Part shown: piece by piece, positions 20,101 through 29,191 of the stretch | Numbering within the stretch: position 1 is the stretch's first letter | Layout of the letters: each line of letters starts with the position of its first letter | Position numbers and translations under genes: made by a program | The notes under the pieces: model-generated | Databases searched by the model: none | Told to the model about the DNA's origin: nothing | The model's input: only the letters and a program-made list of their open reading frames with translations | Assembly (NCBI GenBank): GCA_041639695.1 | Contig: JBEQBQ010000004.1 | Span: 1 to 64,000, forward strand | Source: Candidatus Nanohaloarchaea archaeon | GTDB lineage: Archaea; Nanohalarchaeota; Nanosalinia; Nanosalinales; Nanosalinaceae | Direction: 5' to 3' | DNA length: 64,000 bases

Positions 20101-23100
20101 ACCACAGACTTGTTTTAACTACAAGCGATGAATATTCGGAGTTCGTTAATTCGTCGGAAACAAATACGTACGTTGATGTTGATATTCTCGGTCTTCTAGA
20201 TCTTGGCAGCTATGGTCAGACCCAAGAAACGGTTTACAGGCATGATGATTCAAGTCCGTCAGTTACTTCGTTCTCGCCTACAATAAGGGACTCAAATAAC
20301 GAGAAAGTAAATAACGCGACGGTTTACTACAACGTTAACGGCACGACATCCAGCTGTAAAACAGGGGATGCGGGAAGCTCCAACAACCCTAACGGAACCT
20401 GCACACTATACTATAATCCAACTAAGAACGTGGATCCAGGCAATTACACGGTCGAATTCAACGTTTCGAAGCCTGAATTCAGCACACTCGAATTCAACAA
20501 GTCGATAGAGGTGAACGGCGAGCTTAACATAAACCAGAATTCGGATAGAACGATCTACACCCGTGGATACTCATACTTCCTTAACTCGACGGTCAAGAAC
20601 GAGTTCGGTTCAAAAGCTCCTGGAGGCGTGGCATGGATGCTCGACGGTTCCGAGGTTGAGACCGGGAATGAAACCAACTGGGATGTGGATACTTCAACCC
20701 CGCTGGGAACATATAACCTGAAGGCAAAAACAGGTCGGCCATACTACAGCAACGATTCAGACACGAGAACTGTATCGGTATACGGCCTTGCAGATCTTAA
20801 AGAGCTGTATCCTTCTACTTCGACGATACTTCCAGGAACTTCGATTAATGTAGAGGCGAAGGTGGTTGATGCGAACACGAGCGCCGCTGTAGACGGGATG
20901 CCGGTAAGCTTCAAGGTTAACGGTTCCGAAGAATCTGAGGTAGAGACGAATGCTACAGGTTATGCAACATTTACTTGGAGTCCTTCTGAAGGCGTCTACA
21001 ACCTGTCCGCATCCATCGAAGATAATACCGGACTTAATTACAACGTATCGGAGTCGTTCAGGTCGTCGATGATTGAGATAGACAAGGAGAAATATCTGGA
21101 TAATTTCACAAAGTCGAGGAATGAAGTTTTCAAGTCGGACTTCAAGTCTCCTAACTCGGTTGACTTCGAAGTCAACCTGTCCGAATCATCGGCAACGGAT
21201 GAAGTAATACCAGGAAGCGGACTGAACGTAACCTTCGAAATAAATAACACGGAGAAGATTTACTGCACAACAGACTCTCTAGGTTACTGTTCAACGACCT
21301 ACAATCCTGACACTGTTGATGTCGGAGAACTCGATATTGAAGTTACAACAAACGTCTCCGGATGGGAAAACATCAACTTTACAGACTCCATAACTGTGAA
21401 AGGTACGTTGTTCGCATCGATCCAGAAGCCTTCAGAATCGATCGCTAACAGAGGAGAAAATATCTCTTTAGAACTCCAAGCAGAAGACGGTTCAGGGAAG
21501 TCTGTAAATGTTCCTGTTAACTGGAGCTACCGCGGCAATAACGTTGGTAAAGGTAAGAAAGCTTACTGGAATCCGGACACATCTGATTCGACAGGTAAAG
21601 GAAATCTGAACTATTCGGCCGCCGGCAAATACTATGAAAAAGTTCAAGGCTCAAAGCAGGTTGCGCTATACGGGCTTTCACATGTAAACTACACTGCGCC
21701 GTCGAATGCATCGAAAATCGGTTACGGCGAATCACCTACGATAAGGTGTGATGTGCTGGATTCGATTAACCGAAATCTGGAGGATTATCCTGTCGAGTTC
21801 CGGCAGAACGGCACCAAGTTCGCCGAGTCGAAGACTGATGCTACGGGAGAGGCGGAAGCCGAATGGAACGTACCTAACAGGATCGACACGTTCGATATAA
21901 GCTGCGCCATCAAAGATAACAAGACACTGGCTTACAACACAACATTATCAACGGATTCAAGGATTTACAATACTAAAGATGATGTTGCGCCGTTAATCGG
22001 CAACTTAAGCTTTAATTCCACGATTGTAGACCCTCAAGACTCTGTTGAGATTGAGTTTGATGTTTCGGATAAAGTTGGTGTCGACTCCACATGGATAGTT
22101 ATGGAGAATCCTCTGGGTGAGAAACAAAGTTTCAGAAACCTCAACAAAGTGGATTCGAACACCTTTAGTCTTGTCTATTCGGATACCTCCTCAGATGGTT
22201 CATACACGGCCAACTTCCATGCCAACGATACCTCAGGCAACAAAAACAAGGACAAGAAAACGTTTACTGTCGATCCAGGCGGAAAGATAACGGTCTCAAA
22301 GTCATCGGTAGAAGTAGGCAGCATCACATCTAAGAATTCGAAAAAGTTTGAAGTTGGGACCTCGCTCTTCGTGAACGAATCAGCCTCCGGTGTTAATATA
22401 ACGGCTAACTCGAGCTCAGCCCAGATCTCGTTCAACACCACGAAGTACAATATATCTGATCTTTCGGAAGGAACCTATGTAAACAAGACTTTCGAGGTAA
22501 CGGTTGAGAAAGGCACATCCCCGGGCACATTATTCTCGAACTTTGAGGCCGAATGGACTAACTCTAACAACCCGACATCGATAGATGGAATTACAACGAT
22601 AAAGATAAAGGAGAACCCGGTTCTCGAGGAGAACAACGACGACTGGTCGGACACAATCGCCAACGATGCATCGAAGATCAGAACGTTCGAAGTCAATTCC
22701 ACAGGAAACTACAGGGTTGAAGACTACGAAGCTGAGTACAGCCAAGACAATCTTTCGAGCTCATGGACAGACTTGAGTAAGGCGGCGGATGCAAGTCTCA
22801 ACGTAGGAGAAACGAAACAGACAGAGCTTGAAATATCTGTTCCTGAAGGTACTGAACCAGGAACTTACAAAGGAGAACTCGATTTAACTTCGACCAACGC
22901 TCTGGATATTACGAGAAAAATTGAGGTCGATGTTCCTGAGGATCCATCTTTCAGCTCGACAAATTCCAAGATAGCGACGGCGATAGAGGGCGCCGAGAAA
23001 CTGTTGACGAAAGTCTGGGTTAACTCGACGGGTAACGTCGGCTACCCGGTTGAAACCTCGTTGACCGGAAACGCCAGCTTTATCGACGCCGGCGACTTCG

Positions 23101-26100
23101 ATCTCGGAAGACAGCAGAACTACAAATTCCCTGTATACTATGGAAACGGCACGACTCAGTTCCAGCCAGGATACTACGAAACAACGCTAACATTCGATTC
23201 AACAGAAGCATCTAACCTCTACAATTCGTTCAATCCGGAATCAACCGCTCTCGGAATTAAGGTCATAGAGTTTAATGTAGGTGTAAAAAGCGCCAAGTCG
23301 ACAGAAGAAATCTATCCTGGTAACACTTCTAAGGTAGAGTTTAACGTCAGTATTGGTGGGAACCTGAGAACCGGCAATCTTGACAGAATGATATTTGTCA
23401 ACGGCACGGAAGCAGAGATTAACGATGTCTCGGTATCCGGCAATATCTCTGAAGTTAACTTTACGATTCCCGATGTTCCGGATGCAAGAAAACATGATCT
23501 GACGGTAGAGGTTACCGATAAAGAGAACGATGTCGCAACTTCAAGAACTATCGCGGATCGTTTCCAGGTTCCCGATGTCACCGATCCAACGATTCTGGAT
23601 GTGAACTCGACGGATGTCGAGCCAGGAAGCAACGTTACGATCAACGCATCGATCAACGACAACAATCTTGCAGGGATCTCAAACGTTAACGTAACTATCA
23701 AGCCGTCGATCAACAACAAGACAAACTATTCGATGATCAAGCAGAACGGTTTCTGGACGATTGAACTTTCGAATGTTTCGGAAGCTGATTACAAGGCCGA
23801 GATAGTCGCAGAAGACCCTGCAGGAAATAATGAAACCGTGAAGGAGAGATTCAGGGTATCGAATTCAACTATGGTCTCAGGAAGCTTTACCGATGCATCA
23901 GGTAAAGCACAGTCAGCATCTATGGAATTCAAGCTTCCGGGGACGAAGAAGGTTACCGATAAAATAAACATAGGTAAAGACGGATCTTACTCCGAGACAA
24001 TACTGAACGGAACGTACGACGTCTCGATCAACTACAGCGATAACAAGATCGGTCTTCAAAACGCCTCAATCAAGAACACATCGAACCCTGTGAAGTTAGA
24101 TGAGCTAGATGCCGTTAATTCTCCATCGCCGCCTAACTCTTCATCGAAAGTGATGGGGCTAGGGGTCAAGAACAACATGGAGATCGATTCCGCCAAGCTA
24201 AAACTTGACTACTCCGAGTACTCGGGTCAGATACCGACTGATCGTGATGAGTCGGAGATGAAGCTTTCACGTTGTACGAACTACGATTACGATAATATAG
24301 AGTGTGAGGGTTCATGGCAAGAAGTAAGCTCCAGTGTGGATAATGTGAGGGATACTATAGCTGCAGATGTCCCGGGCTTCTCGGTTTACACTCTTTTCTT
24401 CCCTGAGGAGCAGGAAGAGCAGGATGAACAAGAACAGCAGCCCGATTCCGGCGGAGGCGGTGGTGTCGGAGGTTCCAGTGTTTCCGGTATAGAAGAACAA
24501 TTGAACGATATTCAGGATACTTTAGATGAGAACGAATCAGAGAAAGTTGGTTTCGGTTCGAACTCGATCGATGCACAGTTAAAGCCGGGAGAACAGAAGA
24601 GAGTGTCCATCTCCATAGAGAATAGATTGAACACATCACAGACCTTCGAATTTTCGTCGGGAAGTACTGTCTCAAGCTTCGTGGAGACGCCAGGGCCGGT
24701 CCAGCTTGAACCTAACTCAGGGAAAGATATAGTTGTTACTGTTAGTGCTGCGGCTTCCGAGCTACCAAACAGCTACTCCGGATATGTTAACATAGAATCG
24801 GATGAGGTTGACGCACGTATACCGGTTAACATCGATATCCTTCCGCCAGACAAGAAACTTCTGGATCTATCGGTAACTCCGGTTTTCGATACTGTTCAGC
24901 CTGGAGAGACCTTGAAGGTGGAAACAACTTTCAACAATCAGGGATACGCGAGAAACGTTGACGTTGAACTTAAGATGGGTCTTGTTGATCCGGATACCAA
25001 CGAGACACTGACAACCAAGACAAGAACGTTTGCTGTAGGAACTACTTTGACCCGGGTAGTGAGACTTGATGTGCCCGAGAATGCGGATAGGAAGCAGTAT
25101 GAGATAACAGCGTCCTCAAGGTATTCGAACCTCAATCTTTCGATGGTTGCCAGAGCAGTTACCACGGTGGATGTACAGACTCCGTTCTGGTCTAGAAGCA
25201 TCTTGGGTCTAAGTTATTCGAACCTTGGAATAGCGCTAATCGTGCTGATCATCACGTCTATAAGCGGTTACGCCCTCTATGAGTACAAGAGAAAGAAAGA
25301 GCTCAAGAAGAAGCGTTACAGAGAGCAGATCGATCTCGACACTATTCCAAGCGGAGGAAAGAGGTCTGCCTACATGGGACAGCTGGCTGAAATGGGCACA
25401 CGCACATTCATGAACATAGATGATCTTACAACTCACGCACTTATTGCAGGAGCCACCGGGTCAGGTAAAACGGTGACAGGCCAGGATATGGTAGAGGAGG
25501 CGCTGAAAGAGGGTACGAACGTTATTGTTCTCGATCCTACAGCTCAGTGGTCCGGCTTCCTCAGAGAATGCGATGAACCAGAAATGAAGCAGCTTTACAA
25601 CGACTTCGGAATGCATGATGACGATGCTCAAGGGTTTGACGGCAATATTAGAGCTATCGAACCCGGCGAGGAGATTGATATAACCCCGTACCTTGAGAGC
25701 GATATGGAAGGCCAGATTATTGTTTTCAGCCTTCACAAGCTCGACTCAAAGAACATCGATGAGTTCGTTGACAAGACGATCCAGCAGGTTTTCGACTATA
25801 ACCTGCCTGAAAGAAATCAGCTTGAAACCTTGATTGTGTACGACGAGGTACACAGACTATTAGAGAAGTTCGGTGGTTCGGGTGAAGGACTCAAACAGCT
25901 CGAAAGAGGAGCAAGAGAATTCAGAAAATGGGGAGTTGGTATGGTGCTCTTATCTCAGGTTATTTCGGACTTCTCGGGAGAGATCCGTGCCAACATAGGG
26001 ACAACAGTACAGATGCGTACGCAGTACGAAAACGACCTAGACCGGCTTAAAGACAAGTTCGGTATGGATACTGTTCGTTCGGTTGCGAAAGCAGAAGTAG

Positions 26101-26396
26101 GTTCGGGCATGGTTCAGAACTCCGATTATAACCACGGTCGGCCTTACTTTGTGAACTTCAGACCGCTGCTTCACTCGCCTCACAGGCTTTCAGATGAGAT
26201 TCTGGAGAAGTATGAGAAGTACAACAAACGGATTGACAAGATCGAGCAGAAGCTCGATGAGTTGGAAGATGGGGGCGAGGATGTCTACGAGCACCGCAGT
26301 GAGCTTAAGCTAGCTAAAAGAAACCTCAAGAAAGGCAGCTTTAATCTTGTAGATATCTACGTAGACGAGCTCGAGGAGAACCTTGGTTTGAACTGA
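14190..26396 (+). CDS. Giant (4068 aa) cell-surface protein fused to a C-terminal HerA/VirB4-like (DUF87) P-loop ATPase
   Basis: Signal peptide; two Gly-rich blocks; Ig-like arrays with many NxS/T sequons; PGFS motif; TM helix ~aa 3680; Walker A GATGSGKT (25449), Walker B LIVYDEVH, REFRKWGVGMVLLSQ. Confidence 0.9.
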   Translation: MKTAIFLALAMSFTVSGAAVFSCDSGSTSTACTVNSTKTLDDGQLIQGSGDLIIGSNGTVKNTTNRADFKLSFSSVKINSGGTIRGNVNISANNLTLEGGARINATGLGYKNDEGPGSGGNSTYNGAGGGYGGQGGDSSDSSGGSAYGQLYRPTGFGSGGGNSEGGNGGGRVVLNVSNVRFNGTITADGQDGVANGFSRGGGGSGGAILVDADVMMGEGSMSSRGGYAPSADSDYGSGAGGGGRIAIYADEESFSGDIHYSGGTSIIDNGDDGTAFLEQSVICAEDSGTSTCTVDQERSVSKLNLSASDLIVNAPVTVKENINSEDLNSIEISDGSMELGSTGTLADINFSGNNYSLDVGSNLNMTEFLSNYSLSNDSDWARNGYINATGYLDFRADDLNITSDFKLLGGSNSRLAVDDLKVEGRAEFTSADLRGTSSLNLSSGILNVANTVEFGTGNSITVSDSRLNLGSITNSENTDFSGTGYSLDIGKVNLTEFLSSNSLSNSDEWAKTGYINTTNSLNLTTDELNVKPGFTLKAGSNSNLKIDNLTVQGKANLDGKTEIQKSLNISTGRLDVKNITDTEDIGFSGTNYSFDVLSDLNMTQILSDDSLVASEEWTETGYINTTESFYLSTEHSLNIENGFKLVAGKDSKIKADDIELNGTLKVDRNRKSFRVEAKSLKIEQGGEILSNIDFSGQNFTVKSGGIVQASGIGYSSQSGPGAGSAGGSAYSGGGGGYGGAGGDSHDGNSGGIAYGKLLNPTSLGSGGGTGYSAGTRPGGYGGGSVILSASSKVSINGTLAANGRDGDGNEDEGGGGGSGGSILIEADTLYGEGIITADGGNGGGFSYNYGAYGGGGAGGRIALKTEESPYQGAISVSGGSGYQNGVDGAIFLCNSVTDVSCLGETDSGVSLETDLNKTSNDVYLERDIRDDWSSGYLNWSDNVSESGGSIINADYTVTGLQEKIDFKILKDGQQILETNSGRDEQIRITEDWFNGLEDGVSEWTGGNFYHKSDFSYEGSYSIGSADQGSIDAELVPDGWPGAAKPGEIEFYWREAQEQTGFTADFINSSGGYVLRSGGNNPQWELSDGQGDITVWGGNDNYARWIKYSFDFDWQNCQYTYDFQDVESGHTETGKRSLNSCSGIKKIRLSNDKWGSADYMWFDNFRATGVGEIEPNGTRDAGTTVEWKGANVDDNVTDRNGYEIEFAENSTGSWRWENNITDLSDSRFIRYNITENSNPPSELFISELELQYNDPDERTGIIDFTTNLTGKHSFELLESINPVSKNQNQDENLIGATQSNNLSAELKDGQSGLSKAILATNESGSWKNTSYTQSYSSPTDFTEADFQWSNTSFDGENAQISWKIWFRDAAGNWNATDTKSFEVDGKPPQLFDFSWPQWVDVDSGTADISVNADDTDLPVDSVILEQNSSGGFANQSLSGSGPYTGQILSSSPAIVDFRVYANDTVGNSNISEPRTVRFANVSIREDLNASNVNSSEAIGVWGETTLLPTGEKVSGVVNMWKDTGSGFTLAGQDALNAGVYVITTSTEVAGTHKLKVNVSNSDDISGLNTTMFNVSLDVSNTDAEYNSSGSNYLDTDIEDKTLNLSAYVSNSTDSKVDSVYANVSTPGTSKLFFLDNPASRDKSQLWSLDIDMGSEFSSLGRYNVTYGANTSRGIGSNYRTESFYLENVSVNASIDDSHVKTGEEIEVSGSASLEPYGSPVTQDVEVWLNGVRTVLSTDGSGSFGGTVDTPSQAGNYTVKVNVTNSDGITGFNNSKISVYNLSILEANPEDSNSNKVSQFYRNDDTAPEVFFDDNITLGEGSPLALDGIELTYSVPSDWEESSTSNYVGTLLPGESGQNDPSFKLPKDAELGRRIVNLSATSSENINASKNRTVEVWTRSTPEFTELSGGEVISRDSSYYIVEAQVKDSVSGAGLGDITANLFDGDNKIISAKSSATGHVEFNWSVKDYSTGDHRLVLTTSDEYSEFVNSSETNTYVDVDILGLLDLGSYGQTQETVYRHDDSSPSVTSFSPTIRDSNNEKVNNATVYYNVNGTTSSCKTGDAGSSNNPNGTCTLYYNPTKNVDPGNYTVEFNVSKPEFSTLEFNKSIEVNGELNINQNSDRTIYTRGYSYFLNSTVKNEFGSKAPGGVAWMLDGSEVETGNETNWDVDTSTPLGTYNLKAKTGRPYYSNDSDTRTVSVYGLADLKELYPSTSTILPGTSINVEAKVVDANTSAAVDGMPVSFKVNGSEESEVETNATGYATFTWSPSEGVYNLSASIEDNTGLNYNVSESFRSSMIEIDKEKYLDNFTKSRNEVFKSDFKSPNSVDFEVNLSESSATDEVIPGSGLNVTFEINNTEKIYCTTDSLGYCSTTYNPDTVDVGELDIEVTTNVSGWENINFTDSITVKGTLFASIQKPSESIANRGENISLELQAEDGSGKSVNVPVNWSYRGNNVGKGKKAYWNPDTSDSTGKGNLNYSAAGKYYEKVQGSKQVALYGLSHVNYTAPSNASKIGYGESPTIRCDVLDSINRNLEDYPVEFRQNGTKFAESKTDATGEAEAEWNVPNRIDTFDISCAIKDNKTLAYNTTLSTDSRIYNTKDDVAPLIGNLSFNSTIVDPQDSVEIEFDVSDKVGVDSTWIVMENPLGEKQSFRNLNKVDSNTFSLVYSDTSSDGSYTANFHANDTSGNKNKDKKTFTVDPGGKITVSKSSVEVGSITSKNSKKFEVGTSLFVNESASGVNITANSSSAQISFNTTKYNISDLSEGTYVNKTFEVTVEKGTSPGTLFSNFEAEWTNSNNPTSIDGITTIKIKENPVLEENNDDWSDTIANDASKIRTFEVNSTGNYRVEDYEAEYSQDNLSSSWTDLSKAADASLNVGETKQTELEISVPEGTEPGTYKGELDLTSTNALDITRKIEVDVPEDPSFSSTNSKIATAIEGAEKLLTKVWVNSTGNVGYPVETSLTGNASFIDAGDFDLGRQQNYKFPVYYGNGTTQFQPGYYETTLTFDSTEASNLYNSFNPESTALGIKVIEFNVGVKSAKSTEEIYPGNTSKVEFNVSIGGNLRTGNLDRMIFVNGTEAEINDVSVSGNISEVNFTIPDVPDARKHDLTVEVTDKENDVATSRTIADRFQVPDVTDPTILDVNSTDVEPGSNVTINASINDNNLAGISNVNVTIKPSINNKTNYSMIKQNGFWTIELSNVSEADYKAEIVAEDPAGNNETVKERFRVSNSTMVSGSFTDASGKAQSASMEFKLPGTKKVTDKINIGKDGSYSETILNGTYDVSINYSDNKIGLQNASIKNTSNPVKLDELDAVNSPSPPNSSSKVMGLGVKNNMEIDSAKLKLDYSEYSGQIPTDRDESEMKLSRCTNYDYDNIECEGSWQEVSSSVDNVRDTIAADVPGFSVYTLFFPEEQEEQDEQEQQPDSGGGGGVGGSSVSGIEEQLNDIQDTLDENESEKVGFGSNSIDAQLKPGEQKRVSISIENRLNTSQTFEFSSGSTVSSFVETPGPVQLEPNSGKDIVVTVSAAASELPNSYSGYVNIESDEVDARIPVNIDILPPDKKLLDLSVTPVFDTVQPGETLKVETTFNNQGYARNVDVELKMGLVDPDTNETLTTKTRTFAVGTTLTRVVRLDVPENADRKQYEITASSRYSNLNLSMVARAVTTVDVQTPFWSRSILGLSYSNLGIALIVLIITSISGYALYEYKRKKELKKKRYREQIDLDTIPSGGKRSAYMGQLAEMGTRTFMNIDDLTTHALIAGATGSGKTVTGQDMVEEALKEGTNVIVLDPTAQWSGFLRECDEPEMKQLYNDFGMHDDDAQGFDGNIRAIEPGEEIDITPYLESDMEGQIIVFSLHKLDSKNIDEFVDKTIQQVFDYNLPERNQLETLIVYDEVHRLLEKFGGSGEGLKQLERGAREFRKWGVGMVLLSQVISDFSGEIRANIGTTVQMRTQYENDLDRLKDKFGMDTVRSVAKAEVGSGMVQNSDYNHGRPYFVNFRPLLHSPHRLSDEILEKYEKYNKRIDKIEQKLDELEDGGEDVYEHRSELKLAKRNLKKGSFNLVDIYVDELEENLGLN

Positions 26397-26429
26397 TGAT
26401 TTTTTAACCGGCTCCGCCAAATAGAGACT

Positions 26430-27929
26430 ATGGGACTTCTTGGATCCTCCGAGGACGAGATGGAAGGCTCAGTATCTGATGCGGTTTCGGAGGCACAGGA
26501 CCAGGTAGAGGAGCTTGACGATTCACAGCAAGGCTGGGATCCGAAAGAGGGAGAGCAAGAAGGCGAAGACACTTCTAATTCAGAGATTAATGCCGAAGTA
26601 CAGAAGATAAGAGCTAAGATAGAGGGAGTAAAACAGAAACAGAAAGAAATAACGGAAAGGAATGAAAGGCTATCAGAGAAAATCGGCAGTTTACGTGAGG
26701 AGATGAAGGATGCGGAGAAGGATGCGGAAAAAGCGCTTTCTAATGCATCTAGAGCCGAGGAGATTGTTGAAGAGATAGAGCCTGATGAGATCCAGAGAAA
26801 GCTTCAGGAACAGAAGACAGAGCACGATGAGCTGAAAACAAGGATCGGCGATCAGAATCAGAAAATAGAGGACTTAAGAGAAAGTTTCAGAGAATTAAAT
26901 TCTAAATTCGAAGAAATCGGCTCTATGGAGTCTATTGAAACTCTTAAGGACGATGCCGAGGAAAAGCTGAAGACTGTAGAGAAACTTGCCGATGAATCTC
27001 GTGTAAGAGCTAACAAGGTCGAAGACATTTTTCATGAGCTACAATCCAAGAGCGCGGATATTGAAAATATTGGTGATAAACAGGAAGAGCTTGATTCCAG
27101 ATTTACGGAGATGAGGCAGAGATTCGATGATTTACAGGTTAAGTATGAGGGCCTTCCAAGCGAAGACGAGTTTAACAGTACTAAAGACGAGTTAAGGCAG
27201 AAGATAGAGGAAGTAGAAGATCTTGTGCCGGCACTGGAGCAGGCATTCAACGACATAGAAGGAGAAGAAAGTGTTGCCACCGAAGAGATGGTTGAGAGGA
27301 AGATTGAAGAAAAGCTCGATCAACGTAACCAAGGTAAGGGCGTTCAGCAGGATCAAGACGAGGCTGATCAGCGGATAGAAGATGTTGAGCAAAACATGGA
27401 GAAGCTTAGCTCTAGTATTAAGGAGTTAAACCAGAAGGTGATGGGCTCTGACGACTTCAAACAGAAAGTTGAGAGGTTTAATGAGACGGTTGACCGGATT
27501 GAAAGCCGGGTAGAGAATATTGAGATAGAGGAAAAAGTCGATAAAAGCAGTCTTGAGTCCCGTATCGATGAAAGAGACGAAAAGATTGAAGCATTAGTGG
27601 AACAAAAACTGCTTGAAATAATAGAAGGCCGTAATGAACAGAGACAGGATATTGAAGGCGAAATAAGAGAGATGAGGGCCGAAACCGGTTCGTTGATCGA
27701 AGGCTTGCAGCAGCAGATTGAGGACGTTGAAGATGCCAGGCCTGAAGCCTTGAAAGGCGGTTTACGGCAGAAGGTTGAATCTGGCGAAAATTGGGAAGAC
27801 GTAGCGGGGAGATCGGACACACAAGGAGTGGACAGACAGGAGTTCGAGCAGATGAGAGATAATGTCGATGATATAATGGATCTAGTTCTGAGATTAATTA
27901 AGGAAGAATCCTCAGAAGATTTAAATTAG
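26430..27929 (+). CDS. Long acidic coiled-coil protein
   Basis: 499 aa of heptad-rich sequence with no TM or P-loop; starts 33 nt after the giant gene. Confidence 0.8.
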   Translation: MGLLGSSEDEMEGSVSDAVSEAQDQVEELDDSQQGWDPKEGEQEGEDTSNSEINAEVQKIRAKIEGVKQKQKEITERNERLSEKIGSLREEMKDAEKDAEKALSNASRAEEIVEEIEPDEIQRKLQEQKTEHDELKTRIGDQNQKIEDLRESFRELNSKFEEIGSMESIETLKDDAEEKLKTVEKLADESRVRANKVEDIFHELQSKSADIENIGDKQEELDSRFTEMRQRFDDLQVKYEGLPSEDEFNSTKDELRQKIEEVEDLVPALEQAFNDIEGEESVATEEMVERKIEEKLDQRNQGKGVQQDQDEADQRIEDVEQNMEKLSSSIKELNQKVMGSDDFKQKVERFNETVDRIESRVENIEIEEKVDKSSLESRIDERDEKIEALVEQKLLEIIEGRNEQRQDIEGEIREMRAETGSLIEGLQQQIEDVEDARPEALKGGLRQKVESGENWEDVAGRSDTQGVDRQEFEQMRDNVDDIMDLVLRLIKEESSEDLN

Positions 27930-28086
27930 TCTGGCCACAGAACATGTTTCTATGACGGCAGCAGTTACACAAAAACGTTCTTCTGGACAGCTGCTGTCAG
28001 GTATGAAGTTTGACTTTAATTGGATGTTTACCGGAGCCAAGATGTTTAATTAGACGGCTCCGGGGCCATGAGGTGTTCTTCTGTAA

Positions 28087-28782
28087 ATGGTTCCGGAAAG
28101 ACTTAGCTACGGCGCTTCATGGCTTCTCGACCGATACGACAAGGGCACACGCAGACTTGTATTCATTATGTGCCTTCCGCTTGTCGATGGCGTATTTGCC
28201 ACTTTACTGGTGTCAGGAGCGGTTGATACATTTTCAAGCATGATTTCGGTAGCCCTCACGGTATTTGCAGGAGCAGGAGCTTTAGCAGTACTTTATTCTG
28301 AATCGGAAACGCCGTCAGATGCAAGGAGAATGGTTTTGAAAGCTTTGCCGCCGGTTGTGCTGGGCTCACTTCTGGTATCTTTGGTGGCGCCGGTTTACGC
28401 CCAGCTAGTTAATCTTGAGAGTATAAGGCTGGCTGCAGGGGTTGCGCTTTCAGCAATAGGCCTTCAAATGCTTGAGGTCCGTTATGCAGAGAGGTTCTCG
28501 GTTCCGGGCATACTTGTTACTGGTTTAGTTCTATCGGTTAGAGCTCCCTCAAGCATTAGCTTCAGTTTCGAGTATGTCGTACCAGCGTTGACAACTTCGT
28601 TGGTGGCTGCTTCAGCACTTTACATTTTATCAGAGGCAGTTAGCTGGGCGGACATAGGCTACGTGAGGCGCGCAGGAGGTTTTGTCTTACTTACGATAGC
28701 GGCCTCGCTTTTCGGATTAGGCATACCTTCGGAACTCGGTCTAACGGTTTTCGCACTTGCCTTTATGTTCTCGATGCGTTAG
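28087..28782 (+). CDS. Membrane protein resembling haloarchaeal DUF5794
   Basis: TRRLVFIMCLPLVDGVF motif; multiple TM helices. Confidence 0.65.
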   Translation: MVPERLSYGASWLLDRYDKGTRRLVFIMCLPLVDGVFATLLVSGAVDTFSSMISVALTVFAGAGALAVLYSESETPSDARRMVLKALPPVVLGSLLVSLVAPVYAQLVNLESIRLAAGVALSAIGLQMLEVRYAERFSVPGILVTGLVLSVRAPSSISFSFEYVVPALTTSLVAASALYILSEAVSWADIGYVRRAGGFVLLTIAASLFGLGIPSELGLTVFALAFMFSMR

Positions 28783-29162
28783 AAGGTCTCTACCTCAAAA
28801 CGTACGTTTGAACTACTTTTGAACCTTCCTACAATTTTAAGCATGATTCTTTGCCGGGTTGGGCCGAAAACAAGCACCAGGCCAAGCAAATCAGTTATAA
28901 GACCTGGCGTTATCAACATCAGACCTCCTAAAACAAGTAGTAAGCCTTCCAACATGTTTCGGGAGATCTCTTCCGCTGTAACAGAAGCACTTAGTTTTCT
29001 CACGACTTTAAGACCTTCCCGTCTAACTACTTCGGCGCCTATAAGCCCTGTTGCCAGGATAACAAGTAGAGTGTTTAGTATTCCGATCTCTCCAGTAAGC
29101 TCCACAAGTATGTAGAGATCTACAAATGGAAGCATGAAAAGCAGAACAAGGTATCGGAGCAT
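28779..29162 (-). CDS. fxsA: FxsA family protein
   Basis: LPFVDLY...TGLIG...REG...GGLMLITPGLITDLLG. Confidence 0.9.
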   Translation of the reverse strand: MLRYLVLLFMLPFVDLYILVELTGEIGILNTLLVILATGLIGAEVVRREGLKVVRKLSASVTAEEISRNMLEGLLLVLGGLMLITPGLITDLLGLVLVFGPTRQRIMLKIVGRFKSSSNVRFEVETF

Positions 29163-29191
29163 GTTTTAACTTTGTCAGACAACTTTCAAAC

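Noticed and set aside
26430-27929. SMC/Rad50
   Set aside because: No Walker motifs, hinge or zinc hook
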